A stretch of DNA of 60,029 bases from NCBI GenBank assembly GCA_041745875.1, contig JBGTIB010000036.1, forward strand, positions 1 through 60,029, read 5' to 3'. Source of the stretch: Flavobacteriales bacterium (GTDB lineage: Bacteria; Bacteroidota; Bacteroidia; Flavobacteriales_F; PHOS-HE28). A model generated the notes under the pieces. It searched no databases, was not told the DNA's origin, and saw only the letters and a list, made by a program, of their open reading frames with translations. The position numbers were made by a program, and so were the translations under genes. Shown in pieces: positions 9,701-18,548 of the stretch (the stretch's first letter is position 1; every line of letters begins with the position of its first letter).

Positions 9701-10793
9701 ACTTGGGCAGCACCAGCTTGTTCAAAGCCTTATGAAAGGCGGGATCGCGGAAGAAGCTCGTGACATTGATCAACAGGTCGTTGAACAGGGTGTCCAACTC
9801 AGAGGGGATGCCCCGCAGTAGCGCATTGTACTCGGAGAGTTTGGCACACTTGCTCAACACCATGCGTCGGATGATGCGCCGGTGGATGGTGTTCTCCTTG
9901 TACTCAGTGAAGTCCACACCGCGCTGTTCCAGCACATACTGGAGGATGCGTCGCAGCTCGTTCTCTTGCTTGGCGGGGATCCGTGCCCTGCCACCCGGGA
10001 ACAGTTCCTTCACCAGGCCGGCCAGTTCAGGACCGATGTCCTCGGGCCGGCGCACCAGGTCCACCACCTCGGCTTCCTGAGCGCTCCTTGGCATGCTCGT
10101 CTCCTGTGCGGTGTCGTCCTGTACCACGGTAAGCCCATCCTCCGCCTTGATGGCGCGCAGCCCTTCGGTGCCATCGATGCCGCGGCCCGAGAGCACCACA
10201 CCAATGGCGTTGTTCTGATATTCGTGTGCGAGCGCGGTGAAGAAGGCGTCGATCGGACGACCGGCGAATTCCAATCTGCCCCGTGGTTCCCGCAAGGTGA
10301 AGGTGCCATCCACCACGGCGGCGTTCATGGCACCGGGCACCAGGTACAGCCGGTCGGGCTCCAGCCGCATGCCGTTCTCCACCATGATCACCGGCAGGGA
10401 GGTCTTGGTGCGCAACACCTCGAAGAGCCTGTTCTCGCCTCCCTTCTCCTGGTGTGACACCAGCACGTAGGCCAGACCCAGGTCGGTGGGAAGATGTTTG
10501 AGCAGGCGCGTGATCGCATCGAGCCCACCGGCCGAGGCACCGATGCCCACCACGGGGAAGGCTTGCTTGTCCTCCTTGATGATCACGCCGGTCTTTTCCA
10601 GCGGTTTGCGCAAGCGCTTCACATCGGCCTTGCGGTACATGTTCACTTTGCGTGGGCCCATTGGCACGGCGTCCAACCTGCCTTGCCGCACCCATGCACG
10701 CACCGTATTAGGGTGGCATCGCAGCATGGATGCAGCCTCCGACAAGGTCAACATCACCTCTTCCTCAGTTCCTACGCTAGTGGTTCCTTTCAT
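3735..10793 (-). CDS. giant multidomain signalling protein: HTH + CheB methylesterase + CheR methyltransferase + coiled coil + PAS/PAC x ~8 + GAF + histidine kinase + receiver
   Basis: This is a 2352-aa ORF. In order it contains: an excisionase/MerR-type HTH ([26 protein letters not shown]); CheB ([16 protein letters not shown]); CheR ([18 protein letters not shown]); a heptad segment ([25 protein letters not shown]); repeated PAS S-boxes (SEERF..., GIWDWD...); a GAF ([21 protein letters not shown]); an H-box ([15 protein letters not shown]); an HATPase ([14 protein letters not shown]); and a receiver ([11 protein letters not shown]...[15 protein letters not shown]). Confidence 0.9.
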   Translation of the reverse strand: [2352 protein letters not shown]

Positions 10794-11970
10794 CGCAATA
10801 CCACCTTGATGATCACGATCCGATCTGCATTCGCGAAGTAAACATACGAGGCTGATAAAGCGTGTGGAGAAGGTTCCACAACACAGCCGATCCGTGGCTC
10901 ACAGATCCCGCGCAGTAGAGCGTGCATGGCTTGCTGTTCGTGCAAACTCGCATGTTGCCAGCGCTTCCCGCCAACATAGTGATCAACTATGAACGATGCA
11001 GAAACCATCGTTCACGTTCCATTCGGCCATGCGTTGTATCGAAGAAGATCCATGGACCCGTTCCATCCGATCCTTGCAAGGGTTGTGTGAAATGCTGGAG
11101 GTCGCTCCATATCGAATGGAACGACCTCCTAGCCAGTGTATGTCGAAGCGCCGCATCGCCCGAACCGCCATTGACATTTCTGATCATGGGACCGGTGTGG
11201 GACCTTGTCGATCAGCAGGCTTCGTCCGATGCCGTGGCAACGTCCGGGCCAATGTGGGATCCGAGGTTCGATAACACCATATCCTGCATACAACTGTGGA
11301 AGTGACTGAACATACCGGGGGAGTTGCCTCAGCAAAGGGTCCACAGGTAACGAGCCACGTTGATCACTCTTGGAACAGAGGCAAGTGATGTGTTGCGTAG
11401 GTGGGGGGCCACGCATTCATTCATTCATGTCGCCTCTGCAGTACGTTGAAGATCGAACTTGTGATATGCCAACGCGATCCTCCGAACGGCGTAGGGTGCG
11501 TGGGACGATCCGCCCCAATGCTGGCGAGAACCGTTCCCGTCATGGGGCATGTCATGGGAGCTTTGCTGAACGTTTCTGTTCAGCAAGCGCATGTGGCATG
11601 CGCTCTGTCCTGCATGTCCGGACCGGAGGCCCATCGCATGGACCACTTGAAGTCACGTTCCTCTACCGTGACCTTCGATATACCCAAAAGATCATAATGA
11701 CATCCCCACTTCAAATCATATGGTCGCGCTACAGCGATAAGAACGACGCTTCGCATATCGCGGACCTGCACGACCGCATCCGGAAGGTTCTGAAGATGGG
11801 TTTGTGCGATCCCTATTCCATCCATTGTGCTTTGGAGGAGCGTTCCGAACCTGAGGAGAAGATCACCATGCACCCCGAGAGCATTATTCCATTCCGCTCT
11901 GCATAGGGCTTCGGTTCAACCATTGGTGACCGCGCTCGCGTTCCTTCCGAGGTCCATGCATCCAAGGTAT

Positions 11971-14754
11971 TCAGAGCAGGGTGATCAACGTCTCCTTTGA
12001 CACCGGTTTCACCAGGTGGCCATCGAAGCCGGCCTCCGTGGAACGACGCTGATCCTCGGCCTGGCCCCAACCACTTACCGCAATGATGCGCAGATCCGGA
12101 CCCATCCGTTTTCGGATCGCACGGCAGGTCTCGTAACCGTTCATGCCTGGCATGCCGATGTCCATCAACACGAGTTCCGGAGAGATATCCTCGATCGTGC
12201 CGAGGGCTTCCGCACCACTGTTGGCCGTAAAACATTGCTGACCCATGCGCTGAAGCAACAAGGCCATGGAACCCGCCACATCCCTATCGTCGTCCACCAC
12301 CAGGATCCTGCGTGCACGCTGAACCCGGGCGTCCGTTCCGGGCTGCTCATCGAGCCCCCCGGGAGCAGCGATGCGTGGCAAACGGACGGTGAAGCTGCTG
12401 CCCTTGCCCTCCCCATCGCTGTGCGCCTCCACATTTCCCTGATGCATCGATACCAGTTTGCGCACGATGCTGAGTCCGATCCCCAAGCCACCCTGGGTGC
12501 GATCCAGATGGCGGTCAACTTGGGAGAACAGATCGAAGACGTTGGGCAACATGTCCGCAGGGATGCCGATGCCGGTATCGGAGATCCGTATGAGCACCTC
12601 TTCCGCAGTGCTCCATGTGCTCAAGTGGATGGTACCCTGGGCATCCGTATACTTCGAAGCATTGCCCAGCAGATTGCTGATGGCTTGCACCAATCTGGTG
12701 CGGTCACCCAGCACCCAGTTGTCGTCCCCACCAGGTTCGACGGTAAGAGTTTGTTGGCGTTGCTTGATGGCAGGTGTGATGGCCTCCACGCTCAGGTGCA
12801 GCACATCGGATATGGGTACCGGCTCCATCCGCAAGGGAATGGCATCACGGCTGATGCGGCTCACGTCCATGAGGTCATCCACCAGTTTGACGAGTTGTCC
12901 CATCTGGCGGTGCATCATCTTGTGGATCTCGATGGTCTCGGGATCATCCGCAGCATCCTCCGATAGGAGTTCCAAGCCGGAACGCATCGGGGCCAGCGGA
13001 TTGCGAAGCTCGTGTGCCAGGGTGGCGATGAACTCGTTCTTCCGACGATCGGCGGCATGCAGTGCTACCTGCGCCTGGTGTTGTTCCGTAAGGTCAGTGA
13101 TGGATACGAGAAGGTTGGTGACCGGATCGCCAGGCTCGTAGATGGGCACAACGGTGATACGGGCATGCCTGTGACCGGCAGGCAATTCAATATCCTCCTG
13201 ATAGAGCACCGGTCCACGCGTTCCGATCGAATCCTGGACCGCACGTTCCACCCGGTCGAAGCTGTCGCCGGAGAGGACCTGTTGCAGGGGTCTGCCCAGC
13301 ACCTCTTCCTCCGTGTAGCCTGTGAGCTCCAGCAGAGTGCGGTTTGCGGAGAGCACACGGAGGGGCCCGTCGCCGACCACTTCCACCAGATAGAGCGCGT
13401 CCGAGGTATTGTGATAGATGAGCGAAAGCATGCGCTCACTTTCACGCAATGCCTCCTGTACCTGCTTGCGTTCGGTGATGTTCTGTTGCGTGCCCCACGC
13501 CCGCACCAGGAACCCGTTCTCAACGATGCCCACCAGGTTGTTGTTGAAGTGCAGCATAGCGCCATCCTTGTCCCGCTCTTCGCTCTCGCCTCCTTCCAAC
13601 CGGTAACCCGAGGACATGAATGCTCGGAGGTAGGCCAGGTTCTCCGGGGTGCGGGGCAACAGATCGACCAGCGCGGTACCGATGAGTTCCTCGCCGTGTT
13701 CGTAACCATACATGCGTGCCATGGCATCATTGCATTCGGCCATGTAACCATGTTCGTAGGCCCAGTCCACAGCGGCTTCCGTGGAAAGGGTCACATCCAT
13801 GGGCTTGCGGAGTTCGCACCGCCAGATCCCTTCCGTGCTCTGCTGCACGAACGCATGGTAGCGTTGTTCCGATCTGTTCAAGGCCTCCACGCTGCTGCTA
13901 TGCAGGCGTTCATGCATGCGCACCGCCGCGGCCATCCACCAAAGGATGCCGCCCATCAGGAACATCTCCAGAATGGTACGCGCCGCAGTGCCGGTGGTAA
14001 GGTCGTACCAGCCCGCGTATTCGCCTTGCAAGCGGATCCAACCCAAGATCACAGGCAACAGCAACAGTACGGGCAGGGCCCTGCGCACCAAGGCACCGGT
14101 CGCACTGGGCTCGATGATGGTACGCATCGGCTCCGCTTCGGGAAGCGCGGTGATCAGCCCCACGCTGAGCAGGGTGAGCAGGATCGCCGTGTTGATCGCG
14201 ATGGCCGTGGCACCCGGGACGAGATAGAAGGCATCCGCCCCATATAGATAGCCGATCACCGAAAACATGGAGATGGCAATGCAGAAACCCGCTCCCGCGG
14301 TGGCCACCGTTCGCGCCAGGCGACCCATCGTGGACAGGATGATCGACGTATTGAGCAGAACGAAGATGAGCGAGGCAGGCACCCCCATGCGGCCTGGTGC
14401 CGTGGTACCGTGCTGGCCCCATGCGGCCTGTACGACCAACTCGTCGATACCCAGATCGATGTCGAGAATGTTCTCGGCCAGCGAGGCGAGACCGATGGCG
14501 CCGGCCACTACTGCGATCGAGCGGCTGCCAAGGTTCCTATCCGCGGCACGAAGCCACAACACAAGGGCCGTAAGGCATATCCCCAAAGCGGTGTTCGGCA
14601 TCATGTGCAAGCCCATGCCGACCCAGTCGGTCAGCCGGGGAGAGCCGGTGAACCAACCGACGAGCGTGATGGTGCCACCCAGCAAGGCGATCGCCGCACA
14701 AACCATCGTGAACCGACGGGCTGCCACGGGTTGCGTGAAAGGGGATCTGAGCAT
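11971..14754 (-). CDS. membrane-bound hybrid sensor histidine kinase (polytopic N-terminal sensor, 2 PAS, HisKA, HATPase_c, receiver)
   Basis: This is a 927-aa ORF. The first ~280 aa are hydrophobic with multiple predicted TM helices. It then has PAS ([17 protein letters not shown]), an H-box ([15 protein letters not shown]), [14 protein letters not shown], and a receiver ([11 protein letters not shown]...[15 protein letters not shown]). Confidence 0.9.
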   Translation of the reverse strand: [927 protein letters not shown]

Positions 14755-14857
14755 GCGACCCCAAAGCTATCGTTCAGGGCGTGGAGGAATAAACCCTAGG
14801 TTTGTACCCCCCTCGTAATGGCCCACGGGCCCCAACTTCGTTTTATACACACTGAAC

Positions 14858-17800
14858 ATGAGAACACCCTACCTGCCAATTTTCATGGCTTTCGTAGCCC
14901 TCATCGGCATACAGCCGATGAACGCCCAGCATGCCAAACCACAACCTGAGAAGGTCTCCCAGGTAGCCACGCTGGTGCCGCTTTCAGCAAAGCATCAAAG
15001 TGCTGCGAACGTCTTCTTCGGCGGTGGTCTCCCCGACGACTGTACCACTGCACAAGTATTGACAGTGGGCACCGATTGCTCACCTGTAACCGTGAGCGCT
15101 GCAGGTGCGTCCGAGTCCCTACCTGCGATCGTATGCAACGGATTCACCTCAGGAAGCGCACTCGACGTGTGGTTCACCTTCCAAGCAACTTCCCAGGTGA
15201 CCATCGTGGAAGTGCTCGGCACCGGGGTCTATGATGCGGTGCTGGAGATCTTCTCCGGTGACTGTGCCGGACTGACATCGGTGGGATGCGTGGACCAGAC
15301 CTTCCCCCCGAACAGCACACTCGAAGTGGCCACGATCGTGACCACCATCGGAAGCACCTACTTCGTGCGCGTGTACAACTACACGCCACCTGCTGCGGTG
15401 GACAACCAATTCACCATCTGTGCCTATGCTGGAGCCGATCCTCCCGCCAACGACCAGTGCACCGGAGCTGTCGATCAGGCCCTGGCCGTAGGGGGGTCCG
15501 TGACCTTCGCCGGGGATAACACGGGCGCCACCGATACCGAGGGCTTTGGCTTCGCTTCCGTATGGCACTCCTTCACCACCACCGAATGCACGAACCTGAC
15601 GCTCTCCTATTGCGCCACGACACCGGCCTTCGGCAATGCGTTCCTCGAAATTTTCAACGGTTGCCCATCCACCGGCTCGATCATGAGCTCCTCATTCGAT
15701 GTGACCACCTGTGGGAACAACAACGTAACGATCTTCTATGAATACGTACCCGCAGGTACTTGGTACTATGCCGTGCTTACGGACATTGCCACTGAAGCCG
15801 TGGGTCCCTATTCGATCACCGTCAGTGCTGTGGCATGTCCTCCGGGTTACTGTGCTGCCAGCGCGGAGACCTGCGACGAATACATCGCACAGGTCCAGTT
15901 CGGCAGCATCGATAACAGTTCCGGATGCACCGATGGACCAGCTGTGGATTACACATCGATCAGTACCACCGTCACCCAGGGTGGTGTGGTACCCATCACC
16001 GTTACCAATGGACCTGAGACCTACGACGGTGATCAGGTGGTAGTGTGGATCGACTGGAACCAGAACCAGAGCTTCTTCGACGCTGGTGAAGCATACGTAC
16101 TTACCACTGCGGATGTCGCAGTGACATTCACCGGCGACATCGCCGTTCCGTTCAACGCACTGCCCGGCAGCACGCGGATGCGTATCCGTATGATGTATAC
16201 CGGGGTGCCCAGCCCATGCGGTTCCTCCCAGTATGGTGAAGTGGAGGATTACACGGTTATGGTGGAAGCCGGCGTAAGTTGCGATGCCGATGCCGGGACC
16301 ATTACGGCCGACGGTGTGGTCTGCATCGAAACCGACCCGGTAACACTGACCGCGACCGTGAATGGCGATGCCGTGGTGCCACCAGGTTTCGAGGTGATCC
16401 ATGTTCTGACCGAAGGAGCTGGACTCCTGATCGTCGGTGTTGATGCGCTTGCCGAATTCGAGGTGAACGCTCCTGGCACCTACACCATCCACACGCTGGT
16501 TTACGACCCGCTGACCCTGGACCTGAGCACCGTAGTGATCGGTACGACCACAGGCTTCGATGTGAACGGACTGCTCATCCAGGGTGGTGGCAGCATTTGC
16601 GGTAGCCTCGATGTGACCGGTGCTGAATTCGTGGTGGAGATCTGCTGCGATGCCGAGGCCGGTACGCTCAGTGGTGCCGATACCTTGTGCTACGAGGGTT
16701 CACCGCTGACACTCACCGCGCTGGTGAACGGTGACGCCGTGGTGCCTCCTGGTTTCGAAGTGATCTACGTGCTCACTGCAGGGCCTGGACTGGTGATCGA
16801 AGCAGCAGGTGCCAACCCCGAGTTCCCTGTTGACGCCACGGGCAACTACACGATCCACACGCTGGTCTACGATCCGCTCACGCTCGATCTGGCCTCCATC
16901 GTGTTCGGTGTGACCACCGGCTTTGATGTGAACGGCCTGCTGATCCAGGGTGGTGGAACCATCTGCGCAAGTCTCGACGTGGCAGGAGCCGCTTTCGTGG
17001 TGGAGCTTTGCTGCGATGCGCTGGCAGGGACCCTGAGCGGTGGCGATACCTTGTGTTATGAAGGTGCGACCTTGACCTTGACCGCAACCGCCAACGGCGA
17101 TATCGTGGTACCCCTCGGGTTCGAAGTGATCTATGTGCTCACCGAAGGTGCCGGACTTGTGATCACCGGAACCAGTGCTACACCGACCTTCGATGTGAAC
17201 GCCACGGGCGACTACACGATCCATACCCTGGTCTATGAGCCGGCCACATTGGACTTGACCATCGTTGTGCCTGGCACGACCACCGGTTTCGATGTGAACG
17301 GTTTGCTGATCCAAGGGGGCGGAACCATCTGCGCCAGCCTCGATGTGGCCGGTGCAGCCTATTCCGTGATCCTTTGCTGCGATGCCGATGCAGGCACACT
17401 GAGCGGTGGTGCTGAGGTTTGCCTGGTGGACGGCAATGCCACACTGACCGCCGTGGCCGATGGCAACACCAACGTGCCAGCCGGCTATGAAGTGGTACAT
17501 GTGCTGACCCAAGGCCCTGGGTTGGTGATCATCGGCGTGGATGCCGATCCTGAATTCGTAGTGGATGCCTTGGGTAGCTACACGATCCACACCCTGGTCT
17601 ACGATCCAATGACACTGGATCTGAGCACCGTGGTTCTTGGTGTGACCACCGGAGTGGATGTGAACGGTCTGTTGATCCAGGGTGGTGGCACCATTTGCGC
17701 CAGCCTCGATGTGAGCGGTGCACCCTTCACGGTGGTGGATTGCTCGGGCTACTGCGATGCAGGTGCCGATGGCACCGGGCTCGGACTCGATGAGCGCATC

Positions 17801-18499
17801 GTCAATGTGACCTTCGCAGACATCAACAACACCTCACCGAACGTCACTACCACCCCTCCCTCCTATTCCGACTTCACGAACGTGACAGGGACGGTGGAAG
17901 TGACCGCGACCTACACGATCACGGTCGGGGTGAACAGTTCGATCGGCACCAGCTACAATACCAACCAGGTGTTGGTGTGGATCGACTACGACCAGAACGA
18001 GGTGTTCGACGCAAGCGAGCTTGCCTTCACTTCGACCATCGAGGCAACGGCCACCTACACGGGCACCATCACCATCCCCGGAGGAGCAACCTTGGGAGCC
18101 ACGCGTATGCGCATCCGCCTGCACGATACGCACGACGGAAGTGCCTACACGAACAACTTCAACGACACCCCCTGCGGACTGGCCAGCTATGGCGAAGTGG
18201 AGGACTACACGTTGAACTTGATCGCCTTCTCCAGTGTGGAAGAGCACAATGCTTCAGCCTGGTCGGTGTTCCCCAACCCGGGCAACGGCGACATCACCAT
18301 CCAATATGGTGGCCATGATACGAAGGTGACCATGGAAGTGATGGACATGACCGGACGCCTGATCCACGGCGAAGTGATGGGCATGACACAGGGTGGGCAG
18401 GTATTGCTGCCCCTGGCGGGACGACTGGCCGCCGGCACGTACATCATCCGCTTCACGTCCGATAAGCACATACACGAGCAGCGCTTCATCGTTCGCTGA
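14858..18499 (+). CDS. large T9SS-secreted surface protein with two GEVED domains and four tandem ~122-aa Cys-containing repeats
   Basis: It has a signal peptide (MRTPYLPIFMAFVALIGIQPMNAQ). YGEVEDYT motifs are encoded at 16232-16252 and 18188-18208. Four CCDA(D/E/L)AGTLSG...YTIHTLVY(D/E)P.TLDL...GFDVNGLLIQGGGTICASLDV repeats follow. The C-terminal T9SS CTD reads WSVFPNPGNGDITIQY...GTYIIRFTSDKHIHEQRFIVR. Confidence 0.9.
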   Translation: MRTPYLPIFMAFVALIGIQPMNAQHAKPQPEKVSQVATLVPLSAKHQSAANVFFGGGLPDDCTTAQVLTVGTDCSPVTVSAAGASESLPAIVCNGFTSGSALDVWFTFQATSQVTIVEVLGTGVYDAVLEIFSGDCAGLTSVGCVDQTFPPNSTLEVATIVTTIGSTYFVRVYNYTPPAAVDNQFTICAYAGADPPANDQCTGAVDQALAVGGSVTFAGDNTGATDTEGFGFASVWHSFTTTECTNLTLSYCATTPAFGNAFLEIFNGCPSTGSIMSSSFDVTTCGNNNVTIFYEYVPAGTWYYAVLTDIATEAVGPYSITVSAVACPPGYCAASAETCDEYIAQVQFGSIDNSSGCTDGPAVDYTSISTTVTQGGVVPITVTNGPETYDGDQVVVWIDWNQNQSFFDAGEAYVLTTADVAVTFTGDIAVPFNALPGSTRMRIRMMYTGVPSPCGSSQYGEVEDYTVMVEAGVSCDADAGTITADGVVCIETDPVTLTATVNGDAVVPPGFEVIHVLTEGAGLLIVGVDALAEFEVNAPGTYTIHTLVYDPLTLDLSTVVIGTTTGFDVNGLLIQGGGSICGSLDVTGAEFVVEICCDAEAGTLSGADTLCYEGSPLTLTALVNGDAVVPPGFEVIYVLTAGPGLVIEAAGANPEFPVDATGNYTIHTLVYDPLTLDLASIVFGVTTGFDVNGLLIQGGGTICASLDVAGAAFVVELCCDALAGTLSGGDTLCYEGATLTLTATANGDIVVPLGFEVIYVLTEGAGLVITGTSATPTFDVNATGDYTIHTLVYEPATLDLTIVVPGTTTGFDVNGLLIQGGGTICASLDVAGAAYSVILCCDADAGTLSGGAEVCLVDGNATLTAVADGNTNVPAGYEVVHVLTQGPGLVIIGVDADPEFVVDALGSYTIHTLVYDPMTLDLSTVVLGVTTGVDVNGLLIQGGGTICASLDVSGAPFTVVDCSGYCDAGADGTGLGLDERIVNVTFADINNTSPNVTTTPPSYSDFTNVTGTVEVTATYTITVGVNSSIGTSYNTNQVLVWIDYDQNEVFDASELAFTSTIEATATYTGTITIPGGATLGATRMRIRLHDTHDGSAYTNNFNDTPCGLASYGEVEDYTLNLIAFSSVEEHNASAWSVFPNPGNGDITIQYGGHDTKVTMEVMDMTGRLIHGEVMGMTQGGQVLLPLAGRLAAGTYIIRFTSDKHIHEQRFIVR
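16277..17740 (+). repeat. four in-frame tandem coding repeats with a 366-bp period (inside CDS 14858..18499)
   Basis: Repeat-initial TGCTGC (CC) codons lie at 16643, 17009 and 17375, exactly 366 nt apart. The first unit starts at 16277 (AGTTGC) and the array ends where the TGCTCG... segment begins at 17741. By eye the units are diverged (roughly 75-80 percent DNA identity), so they are not recent slippage copies. Confidence 0.9.
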
Positions 18500-18521
18500 T
18501 CCGATCTCGCACGCGCTGGGC

Positions 18522-18548
18522 AGGGGCCGTCTCGATGAGACGGCCCCT
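18522..18548 (+). terminator. stem-loop downstream of the T9SS/GEVED gene (putative intrinsic terminator)
   Basis: A perfect 12-bp stem is formed by AGGGGCCGTCTC (18522-18533) and GAGACGGCCCCT (18537-18548), with a 3-nt loop. It lies 23 nt after the stop codon and has no strong T-tract. Confidence 0.55.
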
